A stretch of DNA of 64,000 bases, taken from NCBI GenBank assembly GCA_977017575.1, contig CDRNVI010000050.1, positions 41,506-105,505 of the forward strand. The letters run 5' to 3'. Each line of letters opens with the position of its first letter. Position 1 is the first letter of the stretch. Made by a program: the position numbers and the translations under genes. The notes under the pieces are model-generated. The model made no database searches and was not told the origin of the DNA. It saw only the letters and a program-made list of their open reading frames with translations. This document shows positions 11,206 through 21,964 of this stretch, piece by piece. The DNA is from Paramoeba atlantica (taxonomy: Eukaryota; Protista; Discosea).

Positions 11206-14200
11206 ATGACGACCTTTTCTACACCTAATCTCCATCTTGAAAACGACTGTGTAGAGAACGCAGAATACCTCCAGGAGCTTCGTAATCGAAATCTGGAACC
11301 CAAACCGTACCGACTGGACACAGCCCAACTCCGTGAGCTCTCCAGTGACATGAAAAGATCCGCGATATTTCTTCGTCGCATTGCGGAGTTCAAAAGCAGT
11401 TCTCTCCCGGTCGTGATACGTGACGTGCAACAACTTAATCTAAGCCGCTATCTTACCGAGGCCGCAGGAAACATTATCAGCACCGTTCTAGAAGGAAAAA
11501 CCAAATCTTCCGATGTACCGAGCCTTGCCCTGGTGTGTGGAGAGATGCACCAACGCTACGGAAGCTTTACTCCTGCCCTTTTAGGAGAGCTCAAAAAACG
11601 ATGGACCCTTTCTTTTTTTCTTGCTCCCCGAAAGGAGGCAGAAGACGTGACCCGATCTCGCATTCTCACGCGACTGTGTTGTGCGTTATTTCGCTATGGT
11701 GTTATCACCGAGTGGAAATTGTTTCGTTGGGTTATTTCTCAGTTACAACGTTCCTACCTTTCTAGAGAAGCGCTCAAAACGCTGCAAAATTCAGAAAATA
11801 ACCCGGAGTTAATTCCTCCATCGGGTATTGTCACACTTGCGTTGTCCGTGGTGCAAATTATTGTAAAAAGTATTGGCTGCCATTTGTATGGTGCGAAACA
11901 GTGGCACGAAATATCAGAGTCGGGCGAAGAAAGGAATAAAAATGCATCATTTGACGATACTGTTTCACGTAAAGAGCCCAGTTTGGAACTTTATGTCAGC
12001 CAGGCGTCCGCGGAGGAATTTAAAGAACTTGTAAAAAACGTTTCCCAATTCTGTACTGACATTTTAGATGAAGTTTTCTCCGAAATGAAAGCGTTGTGGA
12101 AAGAAAATCTGGAAGTCATCCGACGTACCGGGGAGCTTCCCGAGACGCTTTGTGAACAATTCGGGACGCAGAAAAAAATAGCCGACAAGCTTTATCAGCT
12201 ACTTCACCCTATTGTTGTGACACACCCGAATGGGGAATTGATTCCTCTACAAAACCCCCCTACCTTGGCATCGTTACAGGATGACTTAAAATCTTCTCAA
12301 AAAGATTCCGCAAACACATCGGATATCGTTCTGCTCTCCGGGCTGTCTGCTTTCTATTCCGTGGGGGAGATTTCCTGGTCCAGCGATAAACTTTTTGAAA
12401 CGGAAGACGAGGAAGCCTTTTATCGTAATGTTGCCTCCATAGCCATTCCGATTGATGAGGCGTTGGGAGCTCCGAGAGCCGCCTCTCTCACGGACACGGA
12501 TGTTGAAGTTGAGGAGCAAGAAGCGGTTCTATCTGTTACTCAGGACCTGGGCTTACTTTATCATGTGCTTTCGTCCGAAGCTATGGACCTGGTAAAAGTT
12601 TCTCATTCCGCTGAGACATGGCTTTCTACCTTTTTATCCCCTTCTCATGCGCTCAATCGATACCGCACACGGCATTCCAAGGATCAAGGGCGCTCGTTTT
12701 TACTCTCCTGTAAGAAAAAACTGATCCGATCGATCAGTGAGATGCCTTTTGAGCACAAAGCCAGTGCTCCCGGATTGCTACGCATTGCAGCGATGCTACA
12801 AGCCTCTTCTGAACCCATTTTGACCGATTTAGGTGAGATTTGCTTCAAACAATGCGAAGAGGGGCTGATGAAAATGGTCGAGCAACCCGCTTTCTCCGAT
12901 CTCGGCCCTAAACACGCATTGGTTACGTTGCTGTGTGAGGCAACGAAGTTCCAACTCGGTTCCAGTGCAAGTTTACTTCGTCTGCTTTCCTACTGCGGAG
13001 ACATTGCGCAACTCAAAGGGAGATCCCATAATGGGGAATCGCTGCTGCTGTTTTTACAATCTGTAGGTCCCTATTTAACTCGAAACGCCGTAACACGACC
13101 TAAATTCGAATCCCTCCTTCGAAGTTTTGTAAAATCCATTCGTGTGCTGGGAGGTGAGTTGGAGCTTCGTCTCGGGACTGCCATCTCCACATGTAAATCC
13201 ATTATAGAAGACCAAACAGCGGCCCAGGAAAAAGCATTGCTTAACGTCCCCAAGACAACACGAAAAGACACCGACAAACCCATGCTGGAACGTTACTTTC
13301 GCCATTTACTTTTCGTGGAGCTTTCCAGTGACAATGTCAGTTTCGTGAGCAAACAAATTCGTAAACTGGACTGTTCAAAACCGGAAAATCTCCAAATGCT
13401 TCAACGTGTGATGCGAAAAACCGCTCGTATGCGGGATACGGGCATCGAAGACCTCACCAATGTGCTTCACATTCTGTGGAAAAACGACAAAATGTGGCGT
13501 ACGCACACTCACCTTTTAATTGACGACATTGTCGAACGACTTCGTCAGGATTTAGAAAACGAATTCTTTTCGTCGCTCCATCCCGTTCGTTCGATACAAA
13601 AACGAATCCACGATATTCGCTTCCTTGGGGAGTTCGCCTCACGTCGTATGCTCACCGATGGGACTCTTTTCTATGTTCTCTATATGGTAACGCTGTATGG
13701 GATGGAGCAGGACACCCCCCATGGGGGCTACGCCCGGGCGCGGCTTGTGCTTACCCTCCTGCACGCGCTCACGCTTTCCCGGTTTAAAACACGGTTTACG
13801 GATCCTCTTTTTCGCTCCCGGCTGTTTTATTATCTTTTTTATTTTTTTCGAAACATGCAGCGTTTGCCGAAACCGCTTCCCGTCGCTCTGGGGTTTCTAT
13901 TTGCAGAAGTCCATGAAGGGCTTTCGAAACAATCGCCTGCGGGGTTCAATCTCGTTTCAGCCTTTCCTGCAACCTTAAAGGAGGCAAATGAGAATTTAGA
14001 CCGCGTGATGAAAGAGTTGGATCGAGCGGCAGCAGAAACGCGAAATTCGGGAAAAAAGAACAGCAAGAGCAGTAAAGCAAATGCTTTTACGCTTTCTTCT
14101 TTTTCCCGTAAAGCGGGGATGACAAAGTCAAGAGTGCAGGAGGCTTCTCAAGATCCTGTGAACGACTATGTGTATTATTTCGCGATATCGCATGCCGAAA

Positions 14201-14961
14201 TGGATAAAGCGTTGCATCCGATTGAGGATGACCGATTTTTACAACAAGTGGAGGTGCAAGATTCACTGGAGGGGACAGAGGAGGAAGAGCTCACCACGGA
14301 GGAAGAAATGAAGCGTCTAAATGTTTCTAAAGAGGAAAAAACAACTGCACGAGACGAGAGCCAATCCAAGGACGCTGAAATCGATGCAGAAAATGAATTT
14401 GAGAACCAAAAATGGGATGAGGAAGAGAACGCAACTCACCCGAATCAACCATTAAGCAATCCAAAAGAAGAGGAGGAGATGGACCGACTTCTACGAGAAA
14501 CGGCCAAAGAAAGCTTTGATGCCATCAAGTTACAAAATACCCTTAAATCCATGGGAGGTCGTAGACTGGGTCCTACCCCTTTGGCCGGTCGCACGTCCTT
14601 ACTACGATCCTCTCACGAAAACAAGGAATCATTATCCCATGAAAAAGGGGAAGATCATGCCAAAGAAAATGATCTTTTGTTATCCTCAAAAAATACGGAA
14701 AAAAAGATCCATACCCCGCAAACGGTTTCGCTTGGGGTAGCGATTCGTAAGAAGCGAGTGGGGGGAGGGGCGACCGAGGGATCCTCGAAGTCTTCCTATG
14801 GGGTCGGGTATGAAATACGACACGTGGAGGTTCCGGTTACCCACACTCTGGTGGAAGCACAGCAAGCACAGCTCGCGCAACGAAAGAAAGAGGAGATGGA
14901 ATACCGAAAAGCGACCCAGCGAAGGCTGGAAGAGCTGTCACGGGAGGAAATGCTTTCCTGA
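11206..14961 (+). CDS. UPF2: Nonsense-mediated decay factor UPF2 (MIF4G repeats, acidic region, C-terminal UPF1-binding region)
   Basis: LSSDMKRSAIFLRRI, LNLSRYLTEA, MHQRYGSFTPALL, RIHDIRFLGEF match UPF2 MIF4G motifs; E-rich C-terminal region. Confidence 0.85.
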   Translation: MTTFSTPNLHLENDCVENAEYLQELRNRNLEPKPYRLDTAQLRELSSDMKRSAIFLRRIAEFKSSSLPVVIRDVQQLNLSRYLTEAAGNIISTVLEGKTKSSDVPSLALVCGEMHQRYGSFTPALLGELKKRWTLSFFLAPRKEAEDVTRSRILTRLCCALFRYGVITEWKLFRWVISQLQRSYLSREALKTLQNSENNPELIPPSGIVTLALSVVQIIVKSIGCHLYGAKQWHEISESGEERNKNASFDDTVSRKEPSLELYVSQASAEEFKELVKNVSQFCTDILDEVFSEMKALWKENLEVIRRTGELPETLCEQFGTQKKIADKLYQLLHPIVVTHPNGELIPLQNPPTLASLQDDLKSSQKDSANTSDIVLLSGLSAFYSVGEISWSSDKLFETEDEEAFYRNVASIAIPIDEALGAPRAASLTDTDVEVEEQEAVLSVTQDLGLLYHVLSSEAMDLVKVSHSAETWLSTFLSPSHALNRYRTRHSKDQGRSFLLSCKKKLIRSISEMPFEHKASAPGLLRIAAMLQASSEPILTDLGEICFKQCEEGLMKMVEQPAFSDLGPKHALVTLLCEATKFQLGSSASLLRLLSYCGDIAQLKGRSHNGESLLLFLQSVGPYLTRNAVTRPKFESLLRSFVKSIRVLGGELELRLGTAISTCKSIIEDQTAAQEKALLNVPKTTRKDTDKPMLERYFRHLLFVELSSDNVSFVSKQIRKLDCSKPENLQMLQRVMRKTARMRDTGIEDLTNVLHILWKNDKMWRTHTHLLIDDIVERLRQDLENEFFSSLHPVRSIQKRIHDIRFLGEFASRRMLTDGTLFYVLYMVTLYGMEQDTPHGGYARARLVLTLLHALTLSRFKTRFTDPLFRSRLFYYLFYFFRNMQRLPKPLPVALGFLFAEVHEGLSKQSPAGFNLVSAFPATLKEANENLDRVMKELDRAAAETRNSGKKNSKSSKANAFTLSSFSRKAGMTKSRVQEASQDPVNDYVYYFAISHAEMDKALHPIEDDRFLQQVEVQDSLEGTEEEELTTEEEMKRLNVSKEEKTTARDESQSKDAEIDAENEFENQKWDEEENATHPNQPLSNPKEEEEMDRLLRETAKESFDAIKLQNTLKSMGGRRLGPTPLAGRTSLLRSSHENKESLSHEKGEDHAKENDLLLSSKNTEKKIHTPQTVSLGVAIRKKRVGGGATEGSSKSSYGVGYEIRHVEVPVTHTLVEAQQAQLAQRKKEEMEYRKATQRRLEELSREEMLS

Positions 14962-15755
14962 GAGAGCACAGAGGCTATCTGGAAGAATGAATTCTGTTGA
15001 GGATGATGGGGTTGGATGGAAGGAAAAGATGAGGCAAAGAAGGTTCTGGAAGGCGAATAGGAATTTGTAAAGCACAATGGTAAAGATGCGCCTTTTGAAG
15101 TGTCATGTGAAAATGATTCAGTTATTTTCGAGCGGTTTTTCGGTGCCATGGAGTCCTCAAAACTTAGTGCAACTTCTTACTCCCATTCTTGTGTCCAATA
15201 CACCTCTGAAAGGTTTTTAACCCAGTATTCAATAGTGGTATAGGACAGCTTGCGGAGCCTTGTTCTTGGCTTTGTTGCTGAAGCTGAAACATCTGCAAGG
15301 ATTTTCCTGTCAGTGGATGGTGGTTAGGGTCTACGTATCCAAGTGTAATATCGTAGCGAATACTTCATAAAACTTAAAAAGTGTAATCTGGGTACCGATT
15401 AATATCAGCTTGCTTTTCAATATTCCAATGTCACTTTAATGTTCAATTAGTCACTTTACCGGTGATGCGCTTTGCAGCGCAAAATATACAAAAAAAAACA
15501 ATGGAGATACGTAAGTACAGGGGAGGTTATTGACCTCCCCCCCCCCCGTCGTGGGGAATTTTGATTCTTTTTTTTTCGTTTTTGCTCATTGTTGTTGCAA
15601 AGAAGAGATCTCTCTCCCCTAGCGAAGAGCTTTGCCGCCCTTACTTTCGTGTTACTAACACGGAACATGGCTTATTACGATTTTCCGATTTCCAACTTGT
15701 TTTTATGCAAGAATTATGTGCTTCAGTCAACTTTTCTTATTTCCCTAGCAGAAGT

Positions 15756-16460
15756 ATGAACACGAGCATTCCACTGAGGGCTGCAAAGGTGCGAGGAAAC
15801 TTGCCGCCTCCAGAATATCAACTTGCGCATCTCATTGAAAACGTGAAACTTCATCGGCCGTCATGGAATATAGACACTCCCGCTTGTAGGTGGAGTGGAA
15901 TCACATGCGATGAGGAAGGCCGTGTTACTGAAATTGAATGGCATCGATTCCGCCTTTCGGGGATTCTTCGGTGGGAATTTCTCCCTCATGCTCTGGTTCT
16001 TTTAAAACTCTACAGTAATGGACTGGAAGGTGAGGTACCTTTTACGGAGCTGCCACCGAAGCTTCTTAATTTCTGCATTGATGGTAATTTTTTTCGTGGA
16101 AAGGCTGACTTCACTGCGCTTCCAGGTAATATGGCCTATATGGTCTTGAGTAACAACAATTTTTCCGGAGAGATCTGTCTCACCAAGTTACCTCAAACTC
16201 TTTATTTGCTTGAATTGGTTAGCAATCAATTCAGTGGGCCGTTGGATTTAACAAACCTTCCTTCCGCAATGAATTCACTTCTTCTAAATAGCAATCGTTT
16301 TCGTGGTCATGTCAGCTTGAGTTCTCTTCCCAAAGGAATGGGTCAACTGGGCTTGGACGGTAACCCGTTTCTGTACGTTAAAGACAGTGCATTCAAGGAG
16401 GAAGCTTTTCGAGTTCCGGGAGGAAATGTAATGGATCTTGTGAAGAAGGTAATTCCTTAA
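15756..16460 (+). CDS. Leucine-rich repeat protein paralog (234 aa; true start ATG 15756)
   Basis: MNTSIPLRAAK start identical to the paralogs; preceded by a pyrimidine tract and AG (ttttcttatttccctag). Confidence 0.9.
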   Translation: MNTSIPLRAAKVRGNLPPPEYQLAHLIENVKLHRPSWNIDTPACRWSGITCDEEGRVTEIEWHRFRLSGILRWEFLPHALVLLKLYSNGLEGEVPFTELPPKLLNFCIDGNFFRGKADFTALPGNMAYMVLSNNNFSGEICLTKLPQTLYLLELVSNQFSGPLDLTNLPSAMNSLLLNSNRFRGHVSLSSLPKGMGQLGLDGNPFLYVKDSAFKEEAFRVPGGNVMDLVKKVIP

Positions 16461-16997
16461 CAATACGCATAGCCATCAAAGTAGACTTTAACGATCGTAC
16501 TTGGGCCCACAAACGTTCCATGAACAAAATTCAGGGAGATACGGAATACAGGTTGGAACTTACTATAATTAAGTGTAATTACGCGACACGTTAATTAAGG
16601 CACATCCCCTTTTAGGTTGAAAATGTCCTGTAATTCTCGAAGACTATATCTTGAAGATTCATTCACTCTCGATTCACAGGATTTATCGACCTGTAATTCA
16701 GTGTCCTTTATTGCAGCGGTTATTTTACATAACTACCGCTCTACCCTCGTTTATTGAAGAAACAAAGTGAACAAAAACAGTGAAAAAATAAAGCTCTCGT
16801 TGGTAATTCTTCACACAGAATAGACTTGGAGTTTTTACCTCCTCTCCTGAACGTTTGTAATCTATGTTCGAAGTTTCCGAACCTCAGTCGCCTGCCCGAG
16901 ACCTTGCGTGACTAAAATCTCCGTTGTTGTCTTTCGATAATTTGACACCAGAACAAGGAACGATCCTCTTCAACCCTTTTTTATTTACCTCTTCTCT

Positions 16998-17136
<139 letters not shown>

Positions 17137-17157
17137 AACACTTTCTCCCCCTCTCTC

Positions 17158-19761
17158 ATGTCCAGCACAACCGAATGGACCCAAATGGCCCAACGCGCCC
17201 TCTCCACCGCTCTCGCCATGGCCAAACAAAAAGGCTGTGGTTTTCTCTCCCCGTTCCACCTCGCCTGTGCCCTTTTCGAGGACCCCCACGGGCTGGCCGC
17301 GCGGGTGGCGCAAAAACTGGGGGCCGACCCGACCCATTTAGAGAGGCTGTTTCGTGAAAAAGCCAACGCGCTTCCGGGACAATCCCCTCCCCCGGCCTCG
17401 GTCTCCCCGAACAGTGAACTCCAGCGCATTTTAAACACCGCGGAGCAGAAACGAATTTCTCTGCAGGACACGCTGCTGGCCGTGGATCACTTTTTACTCA
17501 GTCTCCACGAGAGCCGGGAGCTCGGGGAGGTTCTGACCCGACAGGGGCTTTCGAAAAAAGCGATCGAGGGGAAAGTCACGGAGCTGCGAAAGGGTAAAAA
17601 GGTGACCTCCGCGCATCAGGAAACCACCTATGAGGCGCTGGAGAAATACAGCCAGGACATTTGCCAACTCGCGGAGGAGGGGAAGATCGACCCGGTGGTG
17701 GGGCGGGATGAGGAGATCCGTCGCACCATTCGGGTGTTAAGCCGACGGACGAAAAATAACCCCGTGCTGATTGGGGAGCCCGGGGTGGGGAAGACGGCGA
17801 TCGTGGAGGGGATAGCCCAGCGGATTGTGCGAGGGGACATTCCGGAAAGTTTAAAAGGGAGAATTTTTTCTCTTGATATGGGAGCGCTGATTGCGGGGGC
17901 CAGTCACCGTGGGGAGTTTGAGGAAAGATTGAAAGCGGTGCTGAATGAGGTGAAGGAGAATCCGAATGAGATTATTTTGTTTATTGATGAGATTCATCTG
18001 GTGCTGGGTGCGGGAAAAGCGGAAGGGGCCATGGATGCGGCGAATTTGTTAAAGCCCATGCTCGCACGAGGGGAGTTGCGAACCATTGGGGCCACGACCC
18101 TTCAAGAGTACCGAAAGCATGTGGAAAAAGACGCCGCTTTTGAGCGCCGGTTTCAGCCTGTCTACGTTAACGAGCCCAATGTCCCGGACTGTATTTCTAT
18201 TCTTCGAGGACTCCAGGAGCGGTATGAAACCCATCATGGGGTACAGATCACGGATAACGCGATTGTGCTCGCCGCTCAGCTCTCGGATCGGTACATCACC
18301 AATCGATTTCTCCCGGACAAGGCGATTGATTTAATCGATGAGGCTTGTGCCAACGTTCGCGTACAGCTGGACTCACGACCGGAGAACATCGACACCTTAG
18401 AGCGCCGTCAACGACAACTGGAGATTGAAACCAAAGCCCTGGAACGGGATTCGGAAAATCCCAAAAACAAAGAACGTCTGCAAGCAATCCAGGCCGAGAT
18501 TCAACGCATCCGAGACGAACTCGGGCCTCTCCTGGCCCGTTACGAAGCCGAGCGCAGTCTGGTGCATCAACTCACCGATCTACAAACCCGTTTAGAGGAA
18601 AAACGGGTAAAACTCGAACGTGCGGAGCGCTCCCACGACATGGAAGCTGCCGCGGATCTTCGCTACAACGCCATCCCGCAAATCCAAGACATGATTCGTT
18701 CCACAAAAGAAAAAATGGAACGTGAAAAAAAAACCCACATGTTACAAAACTGTGTCACAGAAAACGACATTGCGCTGATCGTGGCGCGGTGGACCGGAAT
18801 CCCCGTGAGTAAACTCAACCAAACCGAGCAGCAGCGGCTGCTTCACCTCCCCGCGGTCCTCCACCGGCGTATCCAGGGCCAGGAGGAGGCCGTGGCTGCG
18901 GTCTCCGAGGCGATTCTGCGCTCCCGTGCGGGACTCTCCCACCGGTCCCGCCCCACGGGATGTTTTCTCTTCATCGGGCCCACGGGGGTGGGAAAGACAG
19001 AGCTCGCGAAAGCGCTCGCCTCTGAGCTCTTCGACAGTGAAAAGAATATGGTCCGAATCGACATGAGTGAGTACATGGAGCCCCACAGCGTGGCACGGCT
19101 TGTCGGGGCGCCCCCGGGGTATGTCGGGCATGAGGAAGGGGGCCAACTCACGGAGCCCGTGCGACGACGACCGCACTCCGTGGTGCTGTTCGATGAGGTG
19201 GAGAAGGCCCACCCGAACGTGCTGAATGTGCTGCTGCAAACCCTCGATGATGGACGACTCACGGATAGCCAAGGCCGAACGGTGGATTTTACCAACACCG
19301 TGATGATCTTGACCTCCAATTTGGGGGCTGAGTTTTTGCAACACGCCCCGGAGAGTCCAGGGATTCATGAGGTGGCGAAGGGTAAAGTTTTGCAAGCGGT
19401 TCGACAGTTTTTTCGTCCCGAGTTTCTTAACCGACTGGATGATATTGTTATGTTTAAAAGACTCGGGTTTGCGGAACTTCATGGGATTGTGGAGGCGTTG
19501 GTGAAAACGTTAAATCAGCAGCTCGCGGAGAAACGCGTGACGGTGGTGCTGGAGCCCGCGGCTAAGACGTTTATTCTGGAACAAGCCTATGACCCGGAAT
19601 TTGGAGCACGACCGTTAAAACGGTGGATGGATAAAAATGTGGTCACCCAGCTGAGTCGGATGATCATAAGTAATGAGCTCGTGGAGGACAGTGTCGTGGA
19701 GGTCGGGTTGGATAGCAGCGGGAGCAGGCTGCGTTTTGTGGTGAAAGGGGGGAAGGTGTAA
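17158..19761 (+). CDS. HSP100: HSP100/ClpB-Hsp104 disaggregase (867 aa)
   Basis: Clp N-domain, Walker A GEPGVGKT and GPTGVGKT, Walker B LFIDEIH and LFDEVEK, M-domain coiled coil, FGARPL. Confidence 0.97.
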   Translation: MSSTTEWTQMAQRALSTALAMAKQKGCGFLSPFHLACALFEDPHGLAARVAQKLGADPTHLERLFREKANALPGQSPPPASVSPNSELQRILNTAEQKRISLQDTLLAVDHFLLSLHESRELGEVLTRQGLSKKAIEGKVTELRKGKKVTSAHQETTYEALEKYSQDICQLAEEGKIDPVVGRDEEIRRTIRVLSRRTKNNPVLIGEPGVGKTAIVEGIAQRIVRGDIPESLKGRIFSLDMGALIAGASHRGEFEERLKAVLNEVKENPNEIILFIDEIHLVLGAGKAEGAMDAANLLKPMLARGELRTIGATTLQEYRKHVEKDAAFERRFQPVYVNEPNVPDCISILRGLQERYETHHGVQITDNAIVLAAQLSDRYITNRFLPDKAIDLIDEACANVRVQLDSRPENIDTLERRQRQLEIETKALERDSENPKNKERLQAIQAEIQRIRDELGPLLARYEAERSLVHQLTDLQTRLEEKRVKLERAERSHDMEAAADLRYNAIPQIQDMIRSTKEKMEREKKTHMLQNCVTENDIALIVARWTGIPVSKLNQTEQQRLLHLPAVLHRRIQGQEEAVAAVSEAILRSRAGLSHRSRPTGCFLFIGPTGVGKTELAKALASELFDSEKNMVRIDMSEYMEPHSVARLVGAPPGYVGHEEGGQLTEPVRRRPHSVVLFDEVEKAHPNVLNVLLQTLDDGRLTDSQGRTVDFTNTVMILTSNLGAEFLQHAPESPGIHEVAKGKVLQAVRQFFRPEFLNRLDDIVMFKRLGFAELHGIVEALVKTLNQQLAEKRVTVVLEPAAKTFILEQAYDPEFGARPLKRWMDKNVVTQLSRMIISNELVEDSVVEVGLDSSGSRLRFVVKGGKV

Positions 19762-20220
19762 GGCGGAGAGCGGGGAGTGGAAGAATAGATATGAGTTTTT
19801 TTGCCTTCGAAGGGGTTTGTATATTTGTGGGGATCAGATAGCAAATAACGAAAGTAAAGCTTTTTCTCATGTGTTTTTTATCTTCAATTTGGGTCTGAAT
19901 TCTTCTTAGAATTTAGTGCCCGTGTTTAAGTTTAAGCATTTGGTTGGCAGCGTTGCTTTTTTTAAGTGACTTCTATTTTTTTGCTTCTTTTAGAAACACG
20001 TTAAATGTGAATAGTAACAATAACAAAAACGTATTTATAGAAAAAATACCTCTTTTCTTACCTCCTTCTTTTTCCTTCTTTCTCTCCTACCCTTTCCTTT
20101 CCTATATCCCCACCCTCTCCCCTATCTTCTTCACCTCTCTCTCTCTTTCTTTTTTATCTCCTAAAAACCCTCTTATACCCCAAAAACCCCTTATACCCTT
20201 ATCCAAGCCTTCTAAATACC

Positions 20221-21576
20221 ATGTCCGACCCCTTATCCTGCCCTCCCCCCTCTTCCTCTTCCCGCTCCGACTGCCTTTCCTGGCTCAACACCGTCCTGGG
20301 ACTCTCCTACACCTCCATCGAGCAATGCGGCTCCGGGGAGGCCTTTGTTTTTTTATTTTCTTATTTAAGCTCCACGCCATGTCCCCGGCACCGGGTCCGC
20401 TCCCCCGTGCGCTCCCCTTCGGAGGCGCTGCATAATTTTAAATTACTGCAAGAGCTGTTTGCGGCAGAGTGTACGACGAAGGAGTTGGAGGTACGCAAAT
20501 TAGCCGCGGGCAACTTTCAGCATAATTTAGAGTTGCTGCAGTGGATGAAGGGGCAGAGTGAGAGGGTAGGAGGGTGGGGGTGGGGGGGAGAGAAAAGGGG
20601 GGGAGAAGAAATCCAACAACAACAACAAATCCAACAAAAACGACAATATGGGGGGCTAGGGGGAATAAAGGAGCTCTCAAGTAGCTCTGGAGGTCGTTTA
20701 GGACGAACCTCTCCGCGGTTGACACGGTCGAGTGTGAATTCGTATCGTGCAGGGAGTGTGGGAAAAAGTAGTCGAGCCCCGAGTGTTGGGGGGACAAGCG
20801 CGGTGGTGGGGATGCAAAAGGAGAGAAGTAAAACCGGGGCGGTGTCCGGACAGCGGGGTTTGTTTTCGTCGTGTTCCTCTGCGCTTCGCACGCCTTTTTC
20901 GAAAATGGGTTCTTATGCGTTGGACGCGCACGGGGAGGGGAATTTTGATTTCGAGCCCAGCATTCGACCACCTCTGCCTTCTTCCTCGTTTGAGACCCCG
21001 CTGGGAAAAGCACTCGGGAGAGTGCGTAGTGCCTCGAGACAGCGTACGGTGCCTTCCGGGAGTTTATCTCAAATGAGCGCCGCCGTAAAGGATAAAAACC
21101 AAAAGGGTGTGCTTCCCCGATCATCGAGAACCCCAACGACATCGAATTTGTCGTATCCCACCCAACGCTCCTCGAGTGTTTCGACAAATCGAACGGGTTT
21201 CATGTCGCGATCGAATGGTTTGAGTAAAAATACGAATGCTGCTGTTTCTTCAAGGGTATCGAGTGTTCGAGAAACTGGAGTACGAGCGAATTTGAGGACA
21301 CAACCACGAACCCCCACGCAAGGCACTTTTTCATCGTCTGTGAGTTCCAATCGTTTTACGAGAGGACCAAGTTTTTCAGGGAATAGCCTAAGTTCTCGAG
21401 GAATGGGAAGAAACGAGGAGGCGTTGCTGCGGTATAAAAAAGAGGCGGAGATGTATCAAAGAAAACTACACGATTTGGTGACCTATTTCAAGGACGAGAC
21501 GTTGTTAGCGCTGCATGATAAAGAGCAGGTTGTGGAACACGCGCGAGAGCTGTTGTCGAGCGCTCCAAATGAGTGA
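20221..21576 (+). CDS. EB1: EB1/RP-family microtubule plus-end protein-like (CH domain, long S/R-rich linker, degenerate EBH)
   Basis: SRSDCLSWLN...IEQCGSG...HNFKLLQ...KLAAGNFQHNLELLQWMK matches the EB1 CH domain; EAEMYQRKLHDL resembles ERDFYxxKLRxIE. Confidence 0.7.
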   Translation: MSDPLSCPPPSSSSRSDCLSWLNTVLGLSYTSIEQCGSGEAFVFLFSYLSSTPCPRHRVRSPVRSPSEALHNFKLLQELFAAECTTKELEVRKLAAGNFQHNLELLQWMKGQSERVGGWGWGGEKRGGEEIQQQQQIQQKRQYGGLGGIKELSSSSGGRLGRTSPRLTRSSVNSYRAGSVGKSSRAPSVGGTSAVVGMQKERSKTGAVSGQRGLFSSCSSALRTPFSKMGSYALDAHGEGNFDFEPSIRPPLPSSSFETPLGKALGRVRSASRQRTVPSGSLSQMSAAVKDKNQKGVLPRSSRTPTTSNLSYPTQRSSSVSTNRTGFMSRSNGLSKNTNAAVSSRVSSVRETGVRANLRTQPRTPTQGTFSSSVSSNRFTRGPSFSGNSLSSRGMGRNEEALLRYKKEAEMYQRKLHDLVTYFKDETLLALHDKEQVVEHARELLSSAPNE

Positions 21577-21964
21577 AAGAGGGGAAAATGTGGTTTATAG
21601 ATATTTTTTTTGAAATCATAAGAAACGAAGGGTGTAGAATATGAAAAAGGGGGAGATATGGTGTTTTATGCTTTTAATGTTATTGGAAATCGAGTGCAAA
21701 GCTTGTTCATGTTACAATTTACAGTACAGGAACATTCTAATATGAAGCGCTGTGATCGCTTACATACTGTAGATAGAAGCTTACAAACTACAGCAACACG
21801 CTTTCCTAAATTTTACAAGCATTGCAGACTTTGAGTTTGTAGTTTTGATGGAGAACGTTGTGGTTCACAACGTTTCAAAACGAACCAATCGATCTCCACC
21901 ATCACAGAAACCAATAGAAAACTCTTTTCTATCCCTTTTCTTCCCCCTCTCACCCCTTACCCCC

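Noticed and set aside
15561-15755. 65-aa N-terminal extension (possible signal peptide) on the third LRR paralog
   Set aside because: Non-ATG start; paralogs begin at MNTSIP and a splice-acceptor-like tract precedes 15756.
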